The notes under the pieces: generated by a model
Databases searched by the model: none
The model's input: only the letters and a program-made list of their open reading frames with translations
Told to the model about the DNA's origin: nothing
Program-made: the position numbers and the translations under genes
Part shown: positions 52,420 to 64,000 of the stretch, piece by piece
Position numbering within the stretch: position 1 is the stretch's first letter
Layout: each line of letters opens with the position of its first letter
DNA from: Squalus acanthias
Lineage: Eukaryota
Length of the DNA: 64,000 bases
NCBI GenBank assembly: GCA_030390025.1
Contig: CM059430.1
Span: 62,310,001-62,374,000 of the forward strand
Direction of reading: 5' to 3'

Positions 52420-52642
52420 CCAATCTGTATTTTTCGAGCGCCTTTAAAATAGAAGAAAATCTCCCAAAAGGCTGCGCAAAATCGGAAGGAAAATGTAACT
52501 TAATTTCGGGACCGCGTTATTTTATATGGAGGATAAATCATGGTCAGCAACAGGAAGTACGGAAATATTCCACAGAATGACGTAACCCTCATCACAAAGG
52601 CTTTCTACCTTGTTGTAGCTCATAATAAGTTAAGGACACATA

Positions 52643-53403
52643 GGCCTAGAAATTAAACATCGATGGTTCCCGCGGGGGTAAGGATTCCCCGCGATATCGC
52701 ACACCGCGCCTACCTTTTTGTTTGGGGCCCACATGAACTTTAGTTTCAGAGCCTCTCCCTGTTGCAACCGTGCAGTGCTTGTGCTTCCCAGAGGCGCAAT
52801 TAGTTCGTGCGAGCTCTGGGATCACGTGATTCGGTTAGAGCCAATGGCAGCACACCATCTTTCATTAAAATTTTGACAGCAATGTCTGTCAAAGCTATGA
52901 ATACTACAAACCCCCAAAAGAAGAGCTAAACCTCAATTAAATTTAAAAAAGCCATCACATTAATAAAATAAGTATAGTTAAATATATTAACAACTTCAAA
53001 CAAAAAATAAAATTTTTGAAAAGATGTAAAATCTTTTTCAAAGTTATAAAAATAAACTTACCTTTCTTTAAAGTCTCTAAAAAAGATAAACCTGTTGAAA
53101 TAATGTTAAAATAACACTTAATTAACTACTTACCTTGTTAAAAGGGTGTCCTACGCCTGCTTTCTTTATGTGTAAAATCTTCACCACTTACCTGCACGTT
53201 CAAACCTGAAAAAAAACCGAAGTGCACTGCGTGCGCACAACCTGTACCGCACACGCGGTTCACTTAGGAACCGCCCCATTTGCAATTCACGAAGTTCCGG
53301 TTTCCCGCGCATGCGCAGTGCATACAGGAATCCGGCATTTCAGGACCAAATACGCGAGAGTACACAGTGCGTACTCTCGCATATTAGGTTTAATTTTCGG
53401 GCC
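52643..53403. mobile_element. Harbinger-type MITE family 1 (duplicate of 39380-40142)
   Basis: ggcctagaaatt...aattttcgggcc. Confidence 0.85.
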
Positions 53404-54839
53404 ATTATGTAAGTCTTCATCAGCCATTTTATTGAAAGTTAGGGTACATTTTATAAAATACAGTCAATCTCACATGGAGCTGAACAAGGAGATTCAAACT
53501 GGAGTGTAGTCATCAGATGACGCAGGGTTAGAGGCTGGGTGATATTTGGACCAGAGCATGCAGACGTACCTCTACACCCATTTAAAGTCATATACATTCT
53601 GACCTATAAATTCCGATATTCATTTCTACAAAATTTACTGTTAAACAGTTAGCCTGCAATTACACTATCTGGCAGTGGCGGCGCTGCAGTGCCACTAAGG
53701 CGGGGAGGGTGTAACTACAGCTTTACGTACTTAGAGTAGCATTTTCCATTGTAAATGGTACAGTGGACAGAAAATGTGCGCAGATATAATAATATATGGT
53801 ACTGACTGACTTCTGCCTTGATTGAACTGCCGCCTTTAAGATTATCTGAGTGTAGATGCATTTAAGGGGCGGCAAAATAAGCATATCAGGGAGAAGGGAA
53901 TAGAGGGTTATGCTGATAGAGTTAGAGGAAGAAGGATGCGAGGAGGATCGAGTGGTGTATAAGCGACGGCATGCACTGGTTGGGCCGAATTCCCTGTTTG
54001 TTTGCTGTTTATTCTATGTAATTCTATGGAAGGAATCACCTGCCTGTTTAGGTAGGAGTAAAAGAACCCAAGTTATTTTTGAAGAAGAACGCGCAGTTCT
54101 CCCTGTTTCCTCTTCAGCAATCCTTCCCATAGATCTTTTTCACTCCTATCCTGTGGTTTCTCTCAGTGAGAGTGATAACTGGTTCCAAACTGGCCCATTT
54201 TGTTCTGTGGTCCATGCCCAGCAGGAACAGGCATAACTTTTGTTGGAAGTTTTCTGTTAGAATCAAAGTAACGTCTGCCATTAAATTTCAATATCAAAGA
54301 GTTGCACGCTGCCATTGAACGAAATTGTAAGGACGTTAGTGAGAGTTCATGAAGCAATCGTTTTAATTGATTCCCGAAAATTTCTATTTGAACTAACAAA
54401 TTAATACAACAATAAAATGTTGCTTTTCTTACCCACTGCATGGGATATAAATCAATTGCTTTTTTCAATCACATAATACAGTTATATAAATCATTAAATA
54501 TGTGCATTTAATATCTGTAGTTACATAAACCACAAGATCTGCCTTGCACTGAGTGGGGCTGTGATCACTGAACTCAGAAACGAGGAGCTGTAATGCATGC
54601 GCGCTATTCTCTACACAGACTATTCAAAGCAGTCACAGTGCTGCATGTTGGGAGCTGTCGGCTCCTGCCTTTTTGAGCTTGTTTACCACTGACAGAGTGT
54701 TATCGCTGGATAGACCTGACACTGTAAACTCTGGATTGTGAGAGAGGTGCTAGCTTCATATGAAAACGTAATCAGAATCTGCTGAAAACACAGAAAATTC
54801 TATTGTATCAATTGGTTAAATATTTTCTTGTAAATTTTG

Positions 54840-55800
54840 TAATCTTCCAATCCTCCTTAGATACGGGGCTGGTTCCAGAGTCTGGAGAATTGCACAAATT
54901 ACACCCTTGTTCAAAAACGGGTGTAAGGATAAACACAGAAACTACAGGCCAGTCAGTTTAACCTCGGCAGTGGGTAAGCTTTTAGAAACGATAATCAACG
55001 ACAAAATTAACAGTCACTTGGACAAGTGTGGATTAATTAAGGAAATCCAGCACGGATTTGTTACAGGCAAATCGTGTTTAACTAACTTGATTGAGTTATT
55101 TGATGAGGTAACAGAAAGGGTTGATGAGAGCAATGCGGTTGATGTGGTGTATATGGACTTCAAAAAGGCGTTTGATAAATTGTCACATAATAGGCTTGCC
55201 AGAAAAGTTGAAGCCCATGGAATAAAAGGGATAGTGGCAGCATGGATACGAAATTGGTTAATTACAGTTAACAGAGAGTAGTGGTGAACGGTTGGTTTCC
55301 GGACAGGAGGAAGCTATACAGTGATGTTCCCCAAGGGTTGCTACTACTTTTCTTGATATATATTAATGACTTGGACTTGAGTGTACAGGGCACAATTTCA
55401 AAATATGCGGATGAGACAAAACTTGTAAGTATAGTGAACAGTGAGGAGGATAGTGGTAGACTTCAAGAGGACATAGACAGGCTGGTGGAATGGGCGGACA
55501 TGTGGCAGATGAAATGTAACGCATAAAAGTAGGAAGTGATGCATTTTGTTATGTTAAACGAGGAAAGTCAATGATCTGGAATGCACTGCTGGAAGGGTGG
55601 TGGGTGTAGATTGAAGTATGGCTTTCAAAAGGGAATTGGATAAGTAAATGAAGTAAAAATAATTGCAGGGCTAAAGCAAAAGGGCTGGCGAAGTGGGATT
55701 AGCTGAAGTGCTCTTCCGGAGACCCGGCACGGGCTCGACGGGCCGAACGGCCTCCTTCTGTGCTGTAACCATTCTATGCTTCTATTCTATGATTCTATGT
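54840..55800 (+). mobile_element. CR1 RT fragment (duplicate of 41580-42540)
   Basis: Same RT motifs. Confidence 0.88.
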
Positions 55801-56317
55801 ATTATGATGTTACAAGACTTGTTTCCGGTTGTAAGCCTCAGCTTAATGGTGAACGAAAAACACAGTATTATCAAACAATTTGGTTGGTTCCTCCTTATTT
55901 AATGGTTATAGTTTACTGACTGGACATGCGTTATTGTTTTAATACGATCTTAGCAATTCAACATTGCTGCTGTTTCTACCCTCCTTCTGCACATTTGATT
56001 TTGGCGTTCACATATCAATTATCATTTGATGCTTTTTAATGATGTTAACTTAATTTAAACACAACAGATGTAAGTGTTATTCAACGACACAATCTTCGAG
56101 ATAGATTGTTGGCATTCTCCGACCAGAATGGTTTGTATATACATTCGCACATTCCTTTAAGTCGACAGGCTTAGATTCCTGGAATTGACTAACTCTTTCG
56201 TGCTTCGGTCCGTGATGGTCCTCTTGGTCCAAATATTGAGAATGTGGATGAACGGGTGTTGTCACATGAGGAAAGAAGGTCAAAGGGCCATGGTGCAACT
56301 CACCATGAAAAGAATAA

Positions 56318-58209
56318 TAGAATCATTGAAATTTATGGCACAGAAGGAGGCTATTCGGCCCATCGTGTCTGCGCCGGTCGAAAAAGAGCCACCCAGACGA
56401 TCCCCTCCTCCCAGCTCTTGATCCATAGCCTTGCAGGTTACGGCACTTCAATGCATATCCAAGAACTTTTTAATTGTGATGAGGGTTTCTGCCTCTACAA
56501 CCCTTTCAGGCAGTGTTTTCCAGATCCCCAACGCCCTCTCAGAGAAAAAAAGATCTCCTCAACTCCCCTCTAATCTTCTACCAATTACGTTAAACCTATG
56601 CCCCTTGGTTATTGCCTTCTCTGCTAAGTGATATACGTGCTTACTATCTACTCTATCTAGGCCCCTTATAACTTTATACACCTCAATTAATTATTCCCTT
56701 AGCGTAATCTTTTCCAAAGAAAACAACCCCAGCCTATCCAATCTTTTTATTTTATTCGTTCATAGGCCGTTGGTATTGCAGGCAAGGCCAGCATTTAATG
56801 CCCATTCCTAGTTGCCCTTGAGAAGTTGGTCATGAGCTGCCTTCTTGAAACGCGTCAGTCTGTGTGGTGAAGGAATTCCACAGTGCTGTTAGGTAGGGAG
56901 TTCCAGGACTTTGACCCAGGATGATGAAAGAAAGCCTATTTACTTCAAAGTCAGGATGGTGTATGACTTGAAAGGGAACTTGGAGGTGGTGGTGTTCCGA
57001 TGCATCTGCTGCCCTTATCCTTCTAGGTGGTAGAGGTCGCAGGTTCCGGAAGGGCTGCCGAAGAAACCTTGACGAGTTGCTGCAGTGCATCTTGTAGATA
57101 GTAAACACTGCAGCCACGGTAAGCCGATGTTGGAGGGAGTGAATGTTTAAGGTGCCAATAAAGCGGGCTGCTTTGTCCTGGATAGTGTCGAACTTCTTGA
57201 GTGTTGTTGGAACTGAACTCATCCAGGCAAGTGGAGAGTATTCCATCACCCTCCTGACTTGTGCCTTGTAGATGGTGGACAGGCCTTGGGGAGTCAGGAA
57301 GCGAGAGACTCGCCACAGAATACCCAGCCTCTGATCTGCTCTTGTTGCCACAGAATTTTTGTGGTTGGTCCAGTTAAGTTTCTGGTCAATGCTGACCCCC
57401 CAGGATGTTGATGGTGGGGGATTCGGCGATGGTAATTCCATTTAATGTCAAGGGGCGGTGGTTAGGCTCTCGCTTGTTGGAAATAGTGATTGCCTGGCAC
57501 TTGAATGACGCGAATATTACCTGCCACTTATCAGCCCAAGCCTGAATGCCGTCCAGGTCTTGTTGCATGCGGGCATGGACTGCTTCATTATCTGAGGAGT
57601 TGCGGATGACACTCAATACTGTGCAGTCCTCAGCGAACATCCCAACGCCTGACCTTATGATGTACGGAAGGTCATTGATAAAGCAGCTGAATATGGTTGG
57701 CCCTAGGACATTGCCCTGAGAAACTCCTGGAGCGATGTCCTGGGGCTGTGATGATTGACCTCCAACAACCACAACCATCTTCCTTTGTGCTAGGTATGAC
57801 TCCAGCCGGTGGAGAGTTTTCTCCCCAATTCCCTTCGACTTCAGTTTTACTAGGGCTCCTTGATGTCACACTCGGTCAAATGCTGCCTTGATATCAAGGG
57901 CAGTCACTCTCACCTCACCTCTGGAATTCAGCTCTTTTGTCCATGTTTGGACCAAGACTGTAATGAGGGCTGGAGCCGAGTGGTCCAGGCCGAACCCAAA
58001 TTAGGCACCAGTGAGCAGGTTATTGGAGAGTAAGTGCTGCTTCATAGCACTGTCGACGACACCTTCCATCACTTTCCTAATGATTGAGAGTAGACTGATG
58101 GGGCAGTAATTGGCTGGTTTGGATTTATCCTGCTTGATGTGGACAGGACATACCTGGGCAGTTTTCCATATTGTCGGAAAGTTGCCAGTGTTATAGCTGT
58201 ACTGGAACA
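56318..58209 (-). mobile_element. CR1 3' fragment plus second-family LINE RT (duplicate of 43058-44918)
   Basis: FQYSYNTGNFPTIWK...NYCPISLLS; GVSQGNVLGP. Confidence 0.85.
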
Positions 58210-58602
58210 CTTTTTAACCCTAGCATTCTAATCTTTTTAAACCGAACACTCGCCACTAATGTCTGCCGTGTCTCTCTCCATCCTCCTGTCATTCTTCTGC
58301 CCTATCCCTTAGGGCCCCTTTATAGATTCATAGTAACATAGAAACAGAAGAAGGCCATTGTGCCCTTGGAGCCTGTTCCACCATTCAATGTGATCATGGC
58401 TGATTTGTGACCTAACTCCACATACCCGCCTTTTGCCCATACCCCTTAATACCTTTATTTAGCAAAAGACAATCAATCTCCATTTTAAAATTAACAATTG
58501 ATCTGTCATCAATTGCAGTTTGCGGAAGAGAGTTCCGAAATTCTTCCACTCTTTGTCTGTAGAAGTGTTTCCTAATTTCACTCCTGAAAGGTTTGGCTCT
58601 AA
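58210..58602 (-). repeat. Gag-like fragment joined to CR1 tail, paralogous to 6000-6390
   Basis: Same junction gggcccctt..agattcatag at 58313-58332 and 6101-6121. Confidence 0.75.
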
Positions 58603-59675
58603 CGGGGGGGCTAGAAAACCAACAATATGGGTAAATTGTCATTTTTGGAATTATAACGTTGTGGAGAGTGCGGTGGGGGTGTTTGATGCAACAGTGTAAA
58701 TATCTCAATACTAGCAGTGTAATCAAATAGTGCAACCACAGGAACAGAAGACAATTGCCAACAGGTTGTGATTTTTGCAGTTGTTATTTGTACACAACAT
58801 CCGCGATCAGAATTTATGTCATGGACGACACTAATTCAAATGTAAGTGCTGAGGTAATTCAGTTATATATAAAGACTGGGCTATGGGGAAAGAGCAGGGG
58901 TGTGGGACGAATTGGATAGCTCTAACAAAGAACCGGCACAAGCACGATGGGCCGAATGGCGTCCCGCTGTGCGTTATCATTCTACGATTCCGTCATTCTA
59001 AGATCGCTTCTAACTTCTTTTTATAAGGAGTAAAATACCGCGACAGGAACAACATCAATTAGTAAATCCTCTTAATATAGTAACAATCATGGAGGCATTT
59101 GTACGTTATTGGCCGAACTCTATTAGAATTTTAGGCATTTGTCCAGATCCAAGAATATCTGACCCCATGCAATCAATGTCACATTATTGTATGACATCAA
59201 GAAATTACATCAAGTGCTGAGAATTTAACCAACGTTACGGTACGGAACCTATGTGTTGGGGAATAAATAAAATGTGCAGCATGAATCCAATTCATGTCCT
59301 GACCTGGGGGAGTTAGTCTCACAGATGCCACATTAGTAATTCGTTGCAACTGAAATAGCATCATTTTCTCAAAATGGTTACAATTATGGAGCGATGAAAG
59401 AAAATGCGCTTAATTTTAGCTGAAATCTGTTGATATTATGGACATTATCGAGAGCTGCAATTTGGGAGCCCATATGATCCATATTACAGTATTGCTGTAC
59501 ATAACTAAATTGCGTCGAATGTCCCGGATTTAGCCAATTTCACTGTACTGAATCATTTGTGTGGACCTATAAATAAAACGCCAGAAAATGCATGAAGGAA
59601 ATACTTCTGCGGCTTGCCTTATACTTAATATAATATGAGAATGGAAACAATGGGACACATGCAGGCGCCTTAAAT

Positions 59676-60143
59676 AAAGAAAGACTTGCATTTATATAGC
59701 GCCGTTCACGTCCAGCGGACTTCTCGAAGCGATTTACAGCAAATGAAGTACTTTTTGGAGTGTAGACACTGTCGCAATATAGGAAACGCGGCAGCGAATT
59801 TGCGCACGACAGGCTCCCATAAACAGCAATGTGATAATGAACAGATAATCTGCTTTTGTTATGTTGATTGAGGGATAAATATTGGCCAGGACCACGGGAT
59901 AACTACCCTGCTCGTCTTCGAAATAATGCCGTGGGATCTTTCAACTCCAACTGATTGAGGAGGCGGGACTTCGGTTTAATGTCTCATCCGAAAGACGGCA
60001 CCTCCGACAGTGCAGGACACCCTCAGCAATGCACTGGAGTGTTAACCTAGATTTGTGTGCTCAAGTCCCTGGAGTGGGATTGTGAACCCACGATACTTCT
60101 GACTCAGATGTGAGAGTGCTCTCCACTGAGCCACAGCTGACAC
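59676..60143 (-). mobile_element. tRNA-derived SINE (same family as 12624-12965)
   Basis: aaagaaagacttgcatttatatagcgcc tail and cactgagccacagctgacac head, reversed. Confidence 0.78.
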
Positions 60144-61285
60144 TCAAGGAAGTGAAATAAATTATTATTGGTAAAAAAATATGACTGGAGAAATTAATGG
60201 GACTGAAAGGCGATAAATCTAGTGGGCCTGATGGCCTGCAACCTAGGATTTTGAAAGAGGTGGCTTTGGAGATAGTGGATGTGTTGGTTGTCATTTTCCA
60301 AAATTCCTTCGATTCTAGAATGGTTCCCGTGGATTGCAAGGTGGGAAAAGTATCTCCATTATTTAAGAAAGGAGGGAGAGAGAAAACTGGGAACTACAGA
60401 CCAGTTAGCCTGACATCAGTAGTAGGGAAAATGCTAGAATCTTTTAAGAAGAATGCTTAGAAAATAATAATAGGATTGGGCAGAGTCAACATGGATTTAT
60501 GAAAGGGAAATCGTGTTTGACAAATCTGGTACCGTTTTTTGAGGTTGCAACAAACATAATATATTCGGGGGAACCAGGGGATGTGGTGCATTTGGATTTT
60601 CAGAAGGCATTCCATAAGGTGCCACACAAGAGGTTATAAAACAAATTAGGGCTCATGGGATTAGGGGTAATATACTAGCATGGACTGAGGATTGGTTAAC
60701 GGACAGAACACAGAGAGTAGGAATTAACAGATCATTTTCGGGTTGGCAGGCTGTAACTATTGGGGTTCCGCAAGGATCAGTGCTTGGGCCCCAGATATTC
60801 ACAATCTACACCAATGCTTTGGATGAGGGATCCAAATGTAATATATCCAAATTAGCTGATGATACAAAGCTGGGTGGGAATGCAAGTTGTGAAGAGGATG
60901 CAAGGAGTCTTCAAGGGGATATCGTCAGGCTATGTGAGCGGGCAAGAACATGGCAAATTAAATATTATGTGGAGAAATGTGAAGTTAAACACTTTGGTAC
61001 GAAAAATAGAAAAGCAGAGCATTTTTTAAATGGTGAGAGATTGGGAAATGTTAGTGTTCAGACGGACCTGGGAGTCATTGTACAAGAATCACTGAACGTT
61101 AACATGCAGGTACAGCAAGCAATTAGGAACGCAAATGGTATGTTGGCCTTTATAACAAGAGGATTTGAGTATAAGAGTAAAGACGTCTTTCTGCAATTAT
61201 AAAGGGCCCTGGAGAGACCACACCTGGAATATTGTGCACAATTTTGGTCTCATTACCTCAGGATGGATATACTTGCCATAGAGAG
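60144..61285 (+). mobile_element. CR1 RT fragment
   Basis: KSSGPDGLQPRILKE...NYRPVSLTSVVGK...GVPQGSVLGP...ADDTKLG. Confidence 0.88.
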
Positions 61286-63499
61286 CTGAGCTACTGAGCC
61301 ATGCTGTTTACTTTGCTCCAGAAATCGATGCGCTCCTGCCAATATTTAGCAAAACGTCTCGTACAGCAAAAAACAGACTGGTCAACGACTCCGTTGTACC
61401 TTACATCTTATCAGAACCCGGTACTGATAGAACGCCCAACTGTTCATGGTTTTTAATGCTGTACCTGAATGTGTCACTTTCGTTTCCATAATTATCAAAA
61501 TAATCTACTGCACGTTGACTTAATCTCCAGCTCGAAGCCAACGAATTTTTATTAGATGAACAACTAGAATGTGACATAGATTGCTACATAACGGCAAATA
61601 AACATTTGCACATTTACTTACATCTCGCAGGCCCTGTGTCATTCCGGATAAATCTACTAATCTCTTGCAGAAACCTGAGCAAATCAAGCCCAGTCAACAC
61701 AAATTTCAAAAAGGCAGATCGCGCTTGACTTATAGGATTTACTGAAGAAATAACAGAGAAGAGAAAAAGGAAAGGTAATATATGAAGTTTAAATACATTT
61801 TTAAAACGCATTTGATAACGTTCCACATATTATAACGCCACGTGGAAGTAAGAGTAAGGTGGCCACATGGTTGGAGAGATAGAGGGAAGAGAGGAAACAA
61901 TGTTTAAGGGTAAAATGACGTTTCTCGCGTTAAGATGTGGCGAGTGGTATTCCACGGGCACTGCGTTGGGCTTCTTCTATATATTATACGCATCAATTAT
62001 CTTGACTGGGGAATTGAGGGTGCATGATTAAAACGTGCAGATGACATTTTATGGTGAGTCGGGAAAGAAATTATGCTGCAGGTCGTGAAATGCAGCAGAC
62101 GACATCGAAAGTTAGTTTGAAGGGCAGATAGATGTCTGATTTTGAATGCAGGGAAATGTGAAATAGTATATTTTTGCAGGTACATTTAAAAACAGGAAAT
62201 GCATCTTGAACGGTATGATTTTAAATGCTGCAGAGGAGCACAGGGACCTCAATGAATGATTGAAACAGAAGTTTATTACGAAGTAAAAATACAAAGGGAG
62301 TGTCTTGGTTTAGATTTTGGTGCCATCGAATACAGAAGCAAGGAGATAATGTTCAACTGGTGTAAGAGCTTATGTAGAACTATGGAAGAATACATAAAAT
62401 AAATTAAACGGCGCTGCCTAACTGACCAAGAATGAAGAATTATTAATTGAGAAACGTGGACTTCTTTAACTGGAGCTCAAAAATTGCTGAGTGACTTGAT
62501 AGAGGTTTTCAAAACTACAAGGCTTTATGAAAAGAAAATAGTGATAGGTTATTTTCACTGTCCAGTAGATGGTGGCGAGTGAGTACAACTTTAACATAAT
62601 CGGAAAAAATAAAGGGAGAGGTACAATACTCTTTGCTTGTTTAGACTTTGAGATGTGGACGTGTCTGCCACAAAACGTTACTAAATCACAGCCCAAGAGT
62701 TATTTTAGAATTGAATTAGTTGCATGAAAAAGAGGAATATTAACGATTGTGTGAATTTAAATGGAAAACGGAACTAACTGAGTGGAGAGAAAAAAAGTAC
62801 AGACTTTGTTTCTCTGCTGTAAAACGCTTGTTAATGCACAGTCATCAATCCCGGGCAGCGAGGCAGAACAAGAGGAATGGATTCAATTCGTCTTGTATAA
62901 TCGTTACATTCGGAGCTGACCCCTTGGTAACTGGAACCGTTCAGCTGCCTTTCTTCCAGTAACCAGCCACACAATGTTCTAACCCAGTAATTCAATTGAT
63001 CTACTTCCTCAATACTCACAGCATAATCATGGAAACTACGAGTTGTTTATAGCTGACGAGGCAACCACGCTAATATGGATAAATGGTTGCAGTTCTATTC
63101 TCTCTCTTGAGGCTTGTTAATTTTCTAGTTGCGTGCCAAACCATACAGCCTGCTTATATCTATATTATCCACGATTGTCAACATTTTAAATGCCTGTTTA
63201 GTGCGGTCTTTTGTCCAATAAAAATGCATTACGCTCTGTAGGGCTTTTCTCACAACTTAAGTAGTATGACCCGGATTCATTATTGTTGTTCGTCTCAGAA
63301 CTCTCTGGAATCACTATCCATTTGAAGATACAACCAAATGAGAATAATGGAGGTATTCGATTTTGGAAGCGACTTGGAGTTGTCAGGGCGCATCGAATCG
63401 AATAGGAATCATACGGAATTTAGAGAAAGGCATCTTATACGCCTTCATCTGCAAGCTGTTTTCAGAGGGATTATGGAAGAATCCATAAATTTGAGCGCC

Positions 63500-64000
63500 C
63501 TGCCTTCCAAACCAGGAAAATCGCCTGCACAGGAGATCAGAACACGGTAACGCAACACACAAGTCAAAACTCAGGCTTTGCAGTTTTACCCGCAAAAAAT
63601 GAATAAATCAGCAATCGTTGATTGATAAGAGAGGTCGTGTAACATCTACTTTTATTGAATTTTATTTGATGATATCAAGATACAGCAGAACAAATAGCGT
63701 ATCATTGCAGATATTTGTCATCTGTGAAATACTATAGATTGATCAAAAATGTGCAATGCAAGAGCGCTTTCATACAAATAATTAAATGAAAATTCCTCAA
63801 ATATTTAAGCAATAAAAAACGATTACACCCGCATTCAATGATATAACACTCGAATATGTTGCACTGATTATTTTATTGTTGTAGACTGACAAATCTAGAG
63901 TCGCCTAGCTCCCTTGTTTTGTCTGTAATCCCATGTTTGGAAATATTGTAAATTGGTCGTTTTTCCAATTTTGTGGACTGCTGACGAAAACAATCACCAG
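63500..64000 (-). pseudogene. 3' end of a third receptor copy (gene C): decayed last ITIM exon and 3' flank
   Basis: 63866-64000 is essentially identical to 47400-47534. Confidence 0.75.

Larger units (their letters stand above)
51246..64000. repeat. Recent tandem segmental duplication, copy 2 (runs off the window)
   Basis: Near-identical to 34858-47535. Confidence 0.92.

Overview
Eukaryotic, repeat-rich DNA, most likely from a shark or other cartilaginous fish (CR1 LINEs with zinc-finger/esterase ORF1, HE1/V-SINE-like and Deu-SINE-like SINEs, Harbinger-type MITEs, a Penelope-like element). The host content is a tandem array of minus-strand immunoglobulin-superfamily receptor genes with the layout leader - germline-joined V(J) - C1 - TM - tail. 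Gene A (36442->26371, 7 exons, all GT-AG and in phase) encodes a SIRPalpha-like inhibitory receptor with four tyrosine motifs (VHYAAL, TVYAQT, LTYATI, TEYAQL), but has one in-frame TGA in the V exon. Gene B (52419->48429) has an almost identical ectodomain, a diverged Arg-containing TM, a short tail and dead ITIM exons. It looks like an activating-type partner, and here it is 5'-deleted. The 3' end of a third copy enters at the right edge, and a fourth copy is predicted left of the window. A recent ~16.4 kb tandem duplication with its breakpoint in the C1-TM intron appears to have fused an inhibitory-gene ectodomain to an activating-type tail. The rest is nested transposable elements: a tRNA-Trp-primed LTR element, a solo LTR inside a MITE inside a CR1, a MITE-bounded inversion and a hammerhead-ribozyme motif. 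All alignments were done by eye, and no database searches were run.
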